The translations under genes were made by a program, and so were the position numbers. From NCBI GenBank assembly GCA_965222605.1, contig OZ244960.1, positions 3,200,001-3,264,000 of the forward strand: a DNA stretch of 64,000 bases, written 5' to 3'. The notes below the pieces were generated by a model, which ran no database searches, had not been told where the DNA came from, and saw only the letters and a program-made list of their open reading frames with translations. Source of the DNA: Candidatus Latescibacterota bacterium. GTDB taxonomy: Bacteria > Latescibacterota > UBA2968. Of the stretch, positions 19,740 to 29,953 are shown in pieces (the first letter of the stretch is position 1; every line of letters begins with the position of its first letter).

Positions 19740-20573
19740 ATGGATAAAACAATTATTTCAGTGGCGGTTGTGGGATCGGGTCCTACGAAAGCGATGAATC
19801 CGGCTGTACCTTATACGCCAAAGGAAATTGCAGACGCGGCAATTGAATGCCATAAGGCGGGCGCGGCAATTACGCATATCCATGTGCGCGATCCCGAAAC
19901 GGGTATTGTGTGTTCGCGGCTCGAGCTTTTCAAAGAGGTCGTGGATCGGATTCGGCAAGCTTGCGATATTGCCATTAATTTGACGACGAGTGGGGGCAAT
20001 ATTAAAGGGGAAAATATTATTGAAGAACGGCTTGAGCCGGTTGCGCTGAAACCCGAGATTTGCTCTTTGGATATCGGCTCGGTGAATTTTGGCAATCGGG
20101 TGTTTATGAATCCACCCGAATGGAGTGTTGCCGCGGCAAAGCGCATGCGCGAGCATCGCGTTAAGCCCGAAATTGAGGTTTTTGATGCAGGCCATGTCCG
20201 TCAGGCGCGGCAGATGATTGAGGATGGGTTGTTCGAAGATCCCCCGTTTATCCAATTGTGTATGGGTCCTGGATGGGGTATTGAAGCCACACCTGAAAAT
20301 CTGATTTTTATGAAAAGTCTCTTGCCGCCCGATGTGCTCTGGTCCGCTCTGGGTGTGGGAAAAGGACAGTTGCCGATGATTACAATGGCTTTTCTCATGG
20401 GGGGGCATATACGGGTGGGTTTTGAAGATAATATTTATCTGCGGAGAGGTGTTTTGCTCAAGAGCAATGCACAGATGGTCGATCTCGCGGCGAGCATTGT
20501 GGAAAAACTTCAAGGCGAGATTGCCACGCCAAATGATGCTCGGGAGATGCTGGGGCTTACGTATCCGGGGTAA
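19740..20573 (+). CDS. Beta-keto acid cleavage enzyme (BKACE/DUF849, Kce-like)
   Basis: [21 protein letters not shown] and [11 protein letters not shown] motifs. Confidence 0.9.
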   Translation: MDKTIISVAVVGSGPTKAMNPAVPYTPKEIADAAIECHKAGAAITHIHVRDPETGIVCSRLELFKEVVDRIRQACDIAINLTTSGGNIKGENIIEERLEPVALKPEICSLDIGSVNFGNRVFMNPPEWSVAAAKRMREHRVKPEIEVFDAGHVRQARQMIEDGLFEDPPFIQLCMGPGWGIEATPENLIFMKSLLPPDVLWSALGVGKGQLPMITMAFLMGGHIRVGFEDNIYLRRGVLLKSNAQMVDLAASIVEKLQGEIATPNDAREMLGLTYPG

Positions 20574-20598
20574 TTATTACGGAGTCTATGGATTTTTT

Positions 20599-21459
20599 AT
20601 GGAAAAACAGGTTGTCGATATTCTCACAGGTACAACTGAATGTGACGTTGATTGGCGCATGCTCAATATGAATGCCGAGTTGGTCGCATCCAGTTTGAGC
20701 CTCACGTTGAGGTCGGGTCTTCACATTCTGCGACCCTACTGGAGATCCAATGTCAATAGCGGCGATGGTGTTGCGCCGATCAATCATATTTTGAAATTTG
20801 AAACTTTCGGGCATCCCTGTTCTCTTCAGACAACACTGCGACAGGAATCTCAGATCCGCCTCGTTACAACGCGCAATGATGATCGAAGTCTCAAACGCTG
20901 TCATCTCGTTCTGATCTGCCAACTTTTTAAGGCGGATAATCTGGTTGGTCGGTCGGAGTTCTGGCTGGCGCTCACGCGGCCGCTTGCACCTCCTGATGAA
21001 CGCATGCCTTCCGATGTGCCGGAGGGGCTTAAATTTCTGAAGGAGCACGAACTGGGTGAAGATGATTTGCTCAGCCGGGATATCGAATCCTATCGCTGCG
21101 AGGGCAATGGTGAAAAGCTGACCCGCGACACGCAGCCGGTTGTTTTTCACATGGACCAATCAGATCAGTATCGGCACATTAACACCGTCAAGTACATGGA
21201 CCGGGTGCTCGATCTCCTGTCACTTCAATATCACAAAATGGGAGGCGATGTCGGGCGCTTGCGGTTTCACGAAATTGTGATTTATTTTCGCAAGCCCTTT
21301 GTGCCCGGGCAAGTCGCAGATACAGAACTCGATTTTGTTCAGCACGCGGATGGGTTTCACGGTGCTGCGCGGTTCTACCACTGCAATGGCGATGGTACGC
21401 GCAGCGAGCGCATTTCTATGGCTATGGAAACGCGCGGTCCTCTGGCGGATGACGTGTGA
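20599..21459 (+). CDS. Hotdog-fold acyl-thioesterase-like protein
   Basis: SDQYRHINTVKY resembles the DxxxHVNNxxY thioesterase motif. Confidence 0.55.
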   Translation: MEKQVVDILTGTTECDVDWRMLNMNAELVASSLSLTLRSGLHILRPYWRSNVNSGDGVAPINHILKFETFGHPCSLQTTLRQESQIRLVTTRNDDRSLKRCHLVLICQLFKADNLVGRSEFWLALTRPLAPPDERMPSDVPEGLKFLKEHELGEDDLLSRDIESYRCEGNGEKLTRDTQPVVFHMDQSDQYRHINTVKYMDRVLDLLSLQYHKMGGDVGRLRFHEIVIYFRKPFVPGQVADTELDFVQHADGFHGAARFYHCNGDGTRSERISMAMETRGPLADDV

Positions 21460-21460
21460 A

Positions 21461-22090
21461 TTATTTGGGAAGGTCTGCGAGATGGGCAATATCGTTGAGG
21501 GCTATGAAGGTGGGTTCGCCTCCGGGGTTGAGTTGAAGGTGTTGGATGGCGGCTGTGTGGCACGAGAACTGGGGTTTGTGCTCGTCTTCGGGCGTGTATC
21601 CCATGATCGCTTGTAGGCAGGCGACAATAGGTCGGACGTGTGTGATGCACGCAATTTGCTGATCGGGCGATTTGTTGACGAGTTGGCTCACGGCGCGGGC
21701 AACGCGGGTGTGCAGGTCGGCATAGGTTTCGCTGCCTGGAACGCGCGCTTCTTCGAGGGATTGCCCGCCAAAAAAGCCGGGATAATATTTTCGGACTTCT
21801 TCGTTAGAGAGTGTGGCGAGGTCGCCGCTTTCGAGTTCGCGCAGGTCATTTTCTACTTCGGGCACGATATGGAGCAAATCGCCTATCCATTCGGCTGTTT
21901 GGCGGGCGCATTTTTGGGGGCTTGTGTAGAGGCTGTGAATGTCAAAGTCGTTTCTGAGGCGTTCGCCAATGAGCAGGGCTTGCTGTTTGCCCCGATGTGC
22001 GAGGGGCATGTCGGCCCACCAGCCGTAAAGGTTTTCGCCGTCGCGTGTCCTGGCCTGTCCATGGCAGATTAGAATGAGGTCGGTTGGCAT
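21461..22090 (-). CDS. Histidine phosphatase family protein
   Basis: LICHGQ (RHG-like), YTSPQKCARQTA, LRE and GSET; the canonical Arg residues are substituted. Confidence 0.8.
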   Translation of the reverse strand: MPTDLILICHGQARTRDGENLYGWWADMPLAHRGKQQALLIGERLRNDFDIHSLYTSPQKCARQTAEWIGDLLHIVPEVENDLRELESGDLATLSNEEVRKYYPGFFGGQSLEEARVPGSETYADLHTRVARAVSQLVNKSPDQQIACITHVRPIVACLQAIMGYTPEDEHKPQFSCHTAAIQHLQLNPGGEPTFIALNDIAHLADLPK

Positions 22091-22121
22091 GTGTGTTCCT
22101 TACTATTATCTGGGGGTGTTT

Positions 22122-22760
22122 ATGAAGTCAATGGTTGCGGTGTTTTTTTTCTCAATGGTCGCGATGTTTGGTCGGGCAGATGCACAGTTGGATGTCAAGA
22201 TAGGAGGGGGTGCTCTTTTGGATCCCACGCGCGCAGGCGGGCACCTGTCCATAGAGGTTCCTATTGGAGATCTGTATCCGACATATTTGGCGCCTTTTGT
22301 TGAATATTATCGAGGGACCACCACATTATCATCCGTGAATATCACTCTGGAAACGGATGTTTCAGAAATTCCAGCGGGTGTCAGTTTGATTTACAAAGCC
22401 CCTTTGTCCGATCGCTATGGTACGGTGTTTTTTGGGGTTGGCGGCGGGGTGTTGCACGCACGGGGATTTCCCGTGTTTATTCCAGTGGTTATTGTATTGG
22501 ATGACGGAACGCCGATTAATGTAATAGATCCAGAGACCGGAGAAGTTATAATGGAACCGTTGATAGATCCAGCGACCGGAGAATTAGCAACGGGAACCTC
22601 AACCGAGGCGTTGATTGCCGTAGCAGGTGGTATGCGGTTTGATGTTGCCGAGGGCATAGGCGCATTTGTGCAGGGCCGCTGGTTTCGCGCTTTTGCGTCT
22701 GGGTCAACAAATAATTTCGGCTTCCACGCAGGGCTGATGTTCTCTTTGGGTGAAAGATAG
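22122..22760 (+). CDS. Secreted outer-membrane beta-barrel-like hypothetical protein
   Basis: Signal peptide, alternating beta-strand pattern, C-terminal GFHAGLMFSL. Confidence 0.6.
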   Translation: MKSMVAVFFFSMVAMFGRADAQLDVKIGGGALLDPTRAGGHLSIEVPIGDLYPTYLAPFVEYYRGTTTLSSVNITLETDVSEIPAGVSLIYKAPLSDRYGTVFFGVGGGVLHARGFPVFIPVVIVLDDGTPINVIDPETGEVIMEPLIDPATGELATGTSTEALIAVAGGMRFDVAEGIGAFVQGRWFRAFASGSTNNFGFHAGLMFSLGER

Positions 22761-22786
22761 CTGGGTGAGCCAGAAGTTTATATCCA

Positions 22787-22813
22787 GGCCGGGGTTTATC
22801 CCCGGCTTTTTTT
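22787..22813. terminator. Intrinsic terminator
   Basis: GCCGGGG-TTTAT-CCCCGGC followed by a T-run, between convergent genes. Confidence 0.75.
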
Positions 22814-24314
22814 ATTTCACCGGTTGATGGCGCAGGAAATCGATCAATAAACGCACGCCAACGCCCGTGGCTCCGATGGGGGTGTCGGGCTTGGTGGAAT
22901 TTGTCGATGCGGTGCCGGCTATGTCGAGGTGTGCCCAGGGAAAGTTCTGGACATAGGCTTCGAGGAATGCGGCGGCGGTGAGTGCGCCTGCGGGCCGACC
23001 ACCTGAGTTTTTGAGGTCGGCCACATTGCTTTTGATGCGGTTTCTGTGGTCATCCAGAATGGGAAGATGCCAGGCAATTTCACCGGTGCGATTGCCCGCT
23101 TCGTGGATTTGAGCGATGAGGTCATTGTCGTTGCCCATCAAGCCACTGGCTTCGTTGCCGAGTGCGGTGACGCAGGCACCGGTTAGCGTGGCCAGGTCAA
23201 TGGCTGCTTTGGGCGCGTAGCGCGCACTATATGCGATGGCGTCGATGAGGGCGAGGCGGCCTTCGGCATCTGTGCTGTGAATTTCAACGGTTTTGGTACC
23301 GAGGGGATGCAAGATGTCGCCTGGGCGATATGCGCGACCATCGGGCATGTTTTCTGCGGCGGCAATCAGACCAATGACGCGGTGGGGAAGGTCGAGTTTT
23401 GCCACGGCTCGCATTGCGCCGATGACGGCTGCGGATCCACTCATGTCAAATTTCATGTTCCACATGCCGTCGCCACCTTTGAGGGATATGCCGCCCGTGT
23501 CAAAGGTTATGCCTTTGCCGATGAAGATGATGGGCGCGGCATTGGGATCGGCACCCGCGTGTTCCAGGATGACAAAACGAGGTGGTCGAGCACTTCCCTG
23601 TCCCACGGCGCTGAGGGCGCCCATGCCTTCGTTTGAGATGCGCTGTTCGTCAAAAATTTCACAGGAGAGACCTGTTTCACGGGCCATTTCTGAAGCGCGG
23701 TCGGCCAGTGTTGCCGGGGGCAAGTCGTTGCCGGGGGTGTTGCTCAGGTCTCGGGCAAAACACACGCTTTCGGCGATGATTTGCCCGGTATTCGCGCCTT
23801 TTTCGACATCGGTTTGTTTGGATGTGTCAAATTCGACGAGGGTAAAGGCGTCGAGACGTTTGGGATTGTCATTGTTTGTTTTGTAGTTGGTGAATTTGTA
23901 ATTGCCGAGAATGGCACCTTCAACGGTGGCCTGTGCAGCGTCTGAAACGTCGAGACCGCCTATGCCGCCGCCGTGGACGATGGAGGCGAGGGTCTTTGCG
24001 CCGAGTTTGATGGCTTCTCTGGTCGCAGATGCGGATGCGAGGCGCACCTGGTTGGGCGTGAAGTCTTCTCGTTTGCCCAGGCCAACGAGAATGAGGCGCG
24101 AGGCGGCCACGCCCTGGCGGGGATAGAGTACGGCGGTTTGGTTGCGTTTGCCGCTGAAGTCGCCGCCTGCGATGAGGTCGGCAATAAGCCCGTCCAGCGC
24201 GCGATTGGCTGCACCTGTTGCGCCGCCCGGTTCTGTGACGCCTTCAAAGAGGTTGAGCACGATGGCGTCTGTTGTACATTCGAGGATGTTGCCGATGGTG
24301 GTGGAGATGTTCAT
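22812..24314 (-). CDS. pepA: Leucyl aminopeptidase (M17)
   Basis: GKGITFDTGG, MKFDMSG, STDAEGRL, DLATLTGA and WAHLDIAG motifs. Confidence 0.95.
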   Translation of the reverse strand: MNISTTIGNILECTTDAIVLNLFEGVTEPGGATGAANRALDGLIADLIAGGDFSGKRNQTAVLYPRQGVAASRLILVGLGKREDFTPNQVRLASASATREAIKLGAKTLASIVHGGGIGGLDVSDAAQATVEGAILGNYKFTNYKTNNDNPKRLDAFTLVEFDTSKQTDVEKGANTGQIIAESVCFARDLSNTPGNDLPPATLADRASEMARETGLSCEIFDEQRISNEGMGALSAVGQGSARPPRFVILEHAGADPNAAPIIFIGKGITFDTGGISLKGGDGMWNMKFDMSGSAAVIGAMRAVAKLDLPHRVIGLIAAAENMPDGRAYRPGDILHPLGTKTVEIHSTDAEGRLALIDAIAYSARYAPKAAIDLATLTGACVTALGNEASGLMGNDNDLIAQIHEAGNRTGEIAWHLPILDDHRNRIKSNVADLKNSGGRPAGALTAAAFLEAYVQNFPWAHLDIAGTASTNSTKPDTPIGATGVGVRLLIDFLRHQPVK

Positions 24315-24338
24315 GTGAGAATCCCTGCGTGTTAGGTC

Positions 24339-24959
24339 CTATAAGAGAAATGGGTTGATGCGTTTTTCGCGGTCTATGGTTGTGTCTGGCCCATGCCCGG
24401 GGTGAAGTCTTGTGTCGTTGGGGAGGGTGAGGATTTTGGTGTGGATCGAGTCCATTAGCGTTTGCAGATCTGCGCCCGCGAGATCGGTTCGGCCAATAGA
24501 GCCAGCGAAAACAGTGTCGCCAACAATGGCGTGGCCCGGCCAGGTGAGCGCGATGTTGCCGGGCGCGTGACCCGGTACATGGAGAATGTTCAGGGTTTCG
24601 AGGCCAAAGACAATGGTATCGCCTTCATCGATAAAACGGTTGATTTCGGGCGGTGGATCGGTTTGAAGGCCGAGAGGTGCGGCAATATCTATAAGTGCCT
24701 TGACCATAAACGCGTCGGCTTTGTGGATGGCGAATGGCGCGCCGGTTTTTTCTTTTAGGGATGTGACGCGCCCAATGTGGTCAAAGTGTCCGTGCGTGGC
24801 AATTATTTCGACGACTTTGATATTGTGGTCTTTGATGAGTTGAAGTATGGTGTCGATGTTATCGCCGGGATCTATTACAATGCCTTCGCGCGTTTTTTCG
24901 CAGGCGAGAATGTAGCAATTGACCTGGAGCGGACCGACGATGGTGGATATAAAGATCAC
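24339..24959 (-). CDS. MBL-fold metallo-hydrolase (glyoxalase II-like)
   Basis: THGHFDH, PGHAPG and PGHG motifs; the GTG start overlaps the upstream stop. Confidence 0.88.
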   Translation of the reverse strand: MIFISTIVGPLQVNCYILACEKTREGIVIDPGDNIDTILQLIKDHNIKVVEIIATHGHFDHIGRVTSLKEKTGAPFAIHKADAFMVKALIDIAAPLGLQTDPPPEINRFIDEGDTIVFGLETLNILHVPGHAPGNIALTWPGHAIVGDTVFAGSIGRTDLAGADLQTLMDSIHTKILTLPNDTRLHPGHGPDTTIDREKRINPFLL

Positions 24960-26023
24960 GATAGTTCCTGCGCGATTTTTACTTCTGTGCCCGTTTCCTG
25001 GCTGCGATAAATGCCGTCGAGAATTGCCATAACTTGCAGCGATTGCTCGGCGGGTACAGGTGATGGCTCTCCCTGGGCGATGGCCTGGGCAAATTCGACG
25101 CATTCTTGTGCGTGGGGTTCGAGCAGATCGCGGGTATTTTGCAGGGTGCGGTTGTAGTGTTGTTGCGTGTCGTAGTTGCTGTGATAGATTTCGCAACTGG
25201 GCCAATGACTGCCTCCTTTGGTGCCGTAGAGCCACATTTGCATGTCTTCGCCCCGGGTGTTGTGGTGCAGTAACCAGCTGACTTCGATCACAAGGGTTGC
25301 CCCGTTTTCAAAGCGCACAAAAGCTGCGGCAAAGTCTTCCACGTCAAACTGCTCCGATGGGATGTGACCCCAACTGCTGAAGGCACCTTCCTGATGGGCG
25401 ATTTCTGCACGCGCGACACCGGTGACGGATACGGGTTTGGGGTTGTTCATAAAATAGAGTGTGAGGTCCAGGATGTGTACGCCAATGTCGATGCAAGGAC
25501 CGCCGCCGCTGTGTTGTTTTTGAATAAAGCCCGGTGTGTTTGGTGCCCCTGAGCGGCGGAGCATCCAGCTTCGCGCGTGGTAAATGTCTCCGAGTACGCC
25601 TGTATCGAGTTCGGCTCGCATGGCTTTTGATTTGCCCGAAAAGCGAAAATGCTGCGCTGTCATCAGGATTTTGCCGGATTTGTCGCGTGCGGCAATCATG
25701 TTTTTGATGAGTTCGGGGTTGGGGGCGAGGGGTTTTTCGCAGATAACGTGTTTGCCCGCTTCAAGCGCGGCGATGGCCAATGGCGCGTGATAATTGTTGG
25801 GGGTACAGATGTCGATGATATCGATATCGGGATTTTTGAACAGGTCTTCCGGGTCGGTGGAAAGGATGGATATATTGTTATTTTCGCCCCAATTGTTCAG
25901 TACGTCTGCGTTGATATCACTGCCGGCAATCAGATCGGCATGTGTGGAAGCTGCCCATCCAGGCATGTGCGTGCGCGCGATGCCGCCAACGCCGATGATG
26001 CCGACTTTGAGTTTGTTCGCCAT
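24956..26023 (-). CDS. Gfo/Idh/MocA oxidoreductase
   Basis: GIIGVGGIA, HVICEKP and DIGVHILD motifs. Confidence 0.92.
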   Translation of the reverse strand: MANKLKVGIIGVGGIARTHMPGWAASTHADLIAGSDINADVLNNWGENNNISILSTDPEDLFKNPDIDIIDICTPNNYHAPLAIAALEAGKHVICEKPLAPNPELIKNMIAARDKSGKILMTAQHFRFSGKSKAMRAELDTGVLGDIYHARSWMLRRSGAPNTPGFIQKQHSGGGPCIDIGVHILDLTLYFMNNPKPVSVTGVARAEIAHQEGAFSSWGHIPSEQFDVEDFAAAFVRFENGATLVIEVSWLLHHNTRGEDMQMWLYGTKGGSHWPSCEIYHSNYDTQQHYNRTLQNTRDLLEPHAQECVEFAQAIAQGEPSPVPAEQSLQVMAILDGIYRSQETGTEVKIAQELS

Positions 26024-26281
26024 GATGCTCCTTTCTCGTGTTAGTTGGAATTTTCTTAATATCGGGAGGAAAAGATAATAGCGCAGCGCATAGAGGGAAA
26101 GTTTTTTTTCAGAGAAAAATGATATTTTACCCTTGACGCATATACAAATGTTCACTATATTTATGGCGGCTGGAAAATAGTATATAATATTATGTAAAAA
26201 TTGAGTTTAGGAAAGTTTTTGTGATTATATACGACGATTTATGTCGATGTATTTCACCTAACTTAGATAGGAGATGTTCCC

Positions 26282-26611
26282 ATGAGACGCATTTTTTCTA
26301 TGTCGGCTATCGGTTCACGATCAAACGGGGTACAACGGGCTACCTCTCGGTCCCGTTTCGTCCCTCAGTTTCGTCGGGAAGTCTGCGAGGTGATTAATCG
26401 CATTCGCGCCGCTTATGGTCCCATTCCCATGAAGACTGTGGCTGATCAGCCCGAGGTGAAGGCCGCAGAAGCGACGATTGAACAGGCTGCGCGATTGGTG
26501 TACAGCGGGCTTGAAAATGTCGATGTGTGGCGAGGTGCGCTGGTGGTTTACGAGCTGACCTGGATGTCTGCGCTGAAAAAGGTGCGTCCGTCGGATAAGT
26601 CAGCCGCATAA
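26282..26611 (+). CDS. Hypothetical protein
   Basis: RBS AGGAG, own terminator and AT-rich upstream region; no recognisable motif. Confidence 0.6.
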   Translation: MRRIFSMSAIGSRSNGVQRATSRSRFVPQFRREVCEVINRIRAAYGPIPMKTVADQPEVKAAEATIEQAARLVYSGLENVDVWRGALVVYELTWMSALKKVRPSDKSAA

Positions 26612-26632
26612 GTACATTTTTTTAGTTCAAAT

Positions 26633-26670
26633 AAGGCCGAGATTCTCTGTGGATCTCGGCCTTTTTCTTT
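26633..26670 (+). terminator. Intrinsic terminator
   Basis: AAGGCCGAGAT...ATCTCGGCCTT followed by a T-tract. Confidence 0.75.
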
Positions 26671-26767
26671 GCAGTTGACGAGATCGGACAAATTCAGGAA
26701 CTTTTGACGCCTTGCGGTAGTTTGTCAGGTGGTAGATGGTTTAACACAAATAATGGAGAGATGGTAT

Positions 26768-28162
26768 ATGCAAAAGTGGATGTCGATACTGATTGCGGGA
26801 TTTATGGTTTTGCAGGTTGAGGCAAAAATTGATCCTGAACATCAGGTGACGATCTCACAAATGGAAAAGTTCAGCGAAGCTTTTGCAGCGGTGGCTTCCG
26901 AGGTCAATCCAGGTGTGGTTGCGATTATAAATAAAAGGGTTATTGGGGTGCGAAGATCAACGGGCAATCCATTTTTCGATTATCTTTTTGGCGGTGGGCA
27001 GTATCGGAGAGAACCGCGGCAGCAGGGTTTGGGTTCGGGGGTTATTGTTTCTCGAGATGGCTATATTTTGACCAATCATCACGTTATTGCAGGTGCCGAT
27101 GAGATTGAAGTAGAACTCGAAGATGGCAGAACATTTGACGCAATGCTGGTGGGAACAGATCCGCAGAGCGATGTTGCGGTGTTAAAGGTTGATGGGCGCG
27201 ACTTGCCTGCGCTAAAGATGGGCGATTCGGACAAATTGAAGGTCGGTTCCTGGGTGTTGGCAATTGGCAATCCGTATGGTTTGCGGCACACGGTGACGTA
27301 CGGTATTGTGAGTGCGATAGGGCGGGGCAATTTAGATATTCTGGATTATGAAGATTTTATTCAAACAGATGCGGCAATTAATCCGGGCAATAGCGGTGGG
27401 GCGATGGTGAATTTACGCGGGGAACTGGTGGGTCTGAATACGGCAATTTTGTCGCGTAGCGGAGGCAGTCAGGGTATTGGGTTGGCTGTGCCAATCAATA
27501 TGGCGCGCAATATTATGTACCAGATCATCGAAGCTGGAGAGGTGAAACGCGGGTATCTGGATGTGGTGGTTCAAGACCTTACACCGGCACTTTCCGAAGC
27601 ACTGGGGTTACAGGTCAACCAGGGTGCGCTGATTCAGGAAGTGGGAAAATTTGCCGAGCAGACGGGTTTACAGCCCAGCGATGTGATTGTGGGGTTAAAC
27701 AACCGCGAGATTTCCAATGCAGATGAGTTTCTCACGCGTATTGCACGAATCCCTCCGGGTGCACAGGTGACAATTGAGGTGATCCGAGATGGGGTAAATA
27801 AAAAGCTGCGCGTAACGGTGGATGCGTTTGATCCCTTTCGCGGTCTGCAAGAGGTGGAGCGACAACGCGCTTTGGGGTTGAATGTTCAGGAGATGACGCC
27901 CGCAATTGCCCGTCAGTTTGGTTATAATGCACAATCGGGCATGCTCATTACCGATGTGAGAGCAGAAAGCGCGGCTGAAGCGGCGGGTTTGCGACGAGGG
28001 GATGTGATCCGCCAGATCAATCGCACGCCCATGCGTTCGATTGAAGATTACGAAGATGTATTGGCCGAGTTGAAACCCGGTGACGAAGTTGGCATGATTA
28101 TTCGCAGAGAGACCCGCCGGCACTATGCCAATTTTTACGCTGTGCTCAAGGTGCCGCAGTAG
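26768..28162 (+). CDS. degP: Do/DegP (HtrA) serine protease with two PDZ domains
   Basis: TNHHV, SDVAVLK and IQTDAAINPGNSGG motifs. Confidence 0.92.
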   Translation: MQKWMSILIAGFMVLQVEAKIDPEHQVTISQMEKFSEAFAAVASEVNPGVVAIINKRVIGVRRSTGNPFFDYLFGGGQYRREPRQQGLGSGVIVSRDGYILTNHHVIAGADEIEVELEDGRTFDAMLVGTDPQSDVAVLKVDGRDLPALKMGDSDKLKVGSWVLAIGNPYGLRHTVTYGIVSAIGRGNLDILDYEDFIQTDAAINPGNSGGAMVNLRGELVGLNTAILSRSGGSQGIGLAVPINMARNIMYQIIEAGEVKRGYLDVVVQDLTPALSEALGLQVNQGALIQEVGKFAEQTGLQPSDVIVGLNNREISNADEFLTRIARIPPGAQVTIEVIRDGVNKKLRVTVDAFDPFRGLQEVERQRALGLNVQEMTPAIARQFGYNAQSGMLITDVRAESAAEAAGLRRGDVIRQINRTPMRSIEDYEDVLAELKPGDEVGMIIRRETRRHYANFYAVLKVPQ

Positions 28163-28168
28163 TTTGGA

Positions 28169-29578
28169 TTAATCCACATCCTTTACATACCTTTCGTCTT
28201 TTACTTTTTCCTGAAGGCGGTGGAGTTCGTCTTTGAGTTCGCGCGCGATATCGGCATATTCGGGATCATTGTACACGCTGTTGAGTTCACAAGGGTCTTT
28301 TTCGAGGTCGAAGAGTTCCCATTCGGGTTCTTTGGTGTCTTCGATTGATCCTTTTTGATTGAGGCCATCGGCGTAGTAATAGATGAGTTTGTACTGGTGG
28401 GTACGCACGCCGTAATGGGCGTAAACATGGTGGTGTGCAAGGTGCATCCAGTAGCGATAATACATCGATGTTTGCCAGTTTTCTGGTGTTTCGCCGTTGA
28501 GCAAGGGGCGAATGCTCGATCCCTGGAAGGTTTCGGGGATGTCAATGCCCGCGTAGTCGAGAAAGGTGGGGGCAAAGTCGGTGTTGAGGATCATGTCGGT
28601 ATTGATACTGCCGGGTTTGATTTCTTTGGGATAGCGGATGATGAAGGGCATGCGCAGCGATTCTTCGTACATAAAACGCTTGTCATACCAGCCGTGATCG
28701 CCCAGGAAAAAGCCCTGGTCAGATGTGTAAATGACTATGGTATTGTCGGTGAGATCTTCTTCATCGAGATAGTCGAGCATGCGTCCGACATTGTCGTCGA
28801 TGGAGGCCACACAGCGCAGGTAGTCTTTGATGTAGCGCTGGTATTTCCATTTTTTATCTTCTTCAGGTGAGAGACCTTCAGGGGGTAATCCCTTGAGGTC
28901 ATTTTTGTTCATGTCGCGGTCAACGCGCATTTTGGCGGCTTCGGCAGCACTGGCGCGGTTGCTGTAGTCGTCCCAGAAGGTTTCGGGTTCGGGTATGTCT
29001 TCGTTTTCATACATGTGGGCGTGTTTTTCGTCGGGTTCCCAGGCGCGGTGGGGTGCTTTGTGGTGGTACATGAGCATGAAGGGGCGGTTTGTGTCCCGCG
29101 CTTTGAGCCAGTCGAGGGATAAATCTGTGATGATATCGGTGACATAGCCTTCATAGACTTTTTCTTCGCCCATTTCTATCATTTCGGGGTTGTGATATAA
29201 ACCCTGCCCGGGCAGGACATTCCAGTAGTCAAAGCCGGTGGGGTCGTGGATGCCGCCGTGACCGAGATGCCATTTGCCGATCATGGCGGTCTGGTATCCC
29301 GCCTGTTGGAATAATTTGGGAAATGTGAGTTGTCTGCCGTCGAGATGAGTCGATAGGGTGGTTACGCCGTTGATGTGGTTGTATGTTCCGGTGAGGATTA
29401 CTGCTCGGCTGGGGGCGCAGATTGAGTTGGTGCAAAAGCAGTTGTCAAAGCGCATGCCTTCATTTGCAATGTGGTCGAGGTTGGGGGTCTGGTTGATGCG
29501 GCTGTTGTAGCAACTCATGGCATGCGGGGCGTGATCGTCGGACATGATAAAGAGGATGTTGGGGCGGTCTGTAGGCAA
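28169..29578 (-). CDS. Sulfatase (Cys-type)
   Basis: [17 protein letters not shown] and GKWHL motifs. Confidence 0.93.
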   Translation of the reverse strand: MPTDRPNILFIMSDDHAPHAMSCYNSRINQTPNLDHIANEGMRFDNCFCTNSICAPSRAVILTGTYNHINGVTTLSTHLDGRQLTFPKLFQQAGYQTAMIGKWHLGHGGIHDPTGFDYWNVLPGQGLYHNPEMIEMGEEKVYEGYVTDIITDLSLDWLKARDTNRPFMLMYHHKAPHRAWEPDEKHAHMYENEDIPEPETFWDDYSNRASAAEAAKMRVDRDMNKNDLKGLPPEGLSPEEDKKWKYQRYIKDYLRCVASIDDNVGRMLDYLDEEDLTDNTIVIYTSDQGFFLGDHGWYDKRFMYEESLRMPFIIRYPKEIKPGSINTDMILNTDFAPTFLDYAGIDIPETFQGSSIRPLLNGETPENWQTSMYYRYWMHLAHHHVYAHYGVRTHQYKLIYYYADGLNQKGSIEDTKEPEWELFDLEKDPCELNSVYNDPEYADIARELKDELHRLQEKVKDERYVKDVD

Positions 29579-29591
29579 GAGAGACTCCTTG

Positions 29592-29619
29592 TTAAAAATT
29601 AAAAATTAAAAATTAAGAA
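29592..29619. repeat. 7-bp tandem repeat
   Basis: (TTAAAAA)3 followed by TTAAGAA. Confidence 0.8.
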
Positions 29620-29778
29620 ACGGTGTATGAAGGCGAGTAAGTCGAGCATGACAGGTCGTGTCATCCTGTGATGGTTCTACACTGGATCAGACCAGTTCAC
29701 TGTGGAACGGTCTGCAACTTCGCAGTCCAAGTTTACGGTGAAGAGAGGGACTGGGGCTGCATGTGCCCGTCCGTTGTT

Positions 29779-29836
29779 GTAGGGGACGGTCCCCGTGTCG
29801 TCCCGTCATCGCGGCATGGTGTTGAGCCGCGATCCA
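29779..29836. repeat. Composite REP-like palindromic repeat
   Basis: GTAGGGGACGGTCCCCGTGTCGTCCC joined to GTCATCGCGGCATGGTGTTGAGCCGCGATCCA. Confidence 0.85.
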
Positions 29837-29953
29837 GGGGTTTAAAAATATGACATTGGATACGAGATATCAAGTGGGACAAAAGGTGTGCAATAGGGAA
29901 TTTTTTCGTATTATATACCGACGACGCGATGTAACTATAAAGGAGTAGAGTAA

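Noticed and set aside
24960-25235. N-terminal extension of the MBL hydrolase in the ORF track
   Set aside because: It overlaps the Gfo/Idh/MocA gene; the GTG at 24959 with stop-start coupling is the better start.
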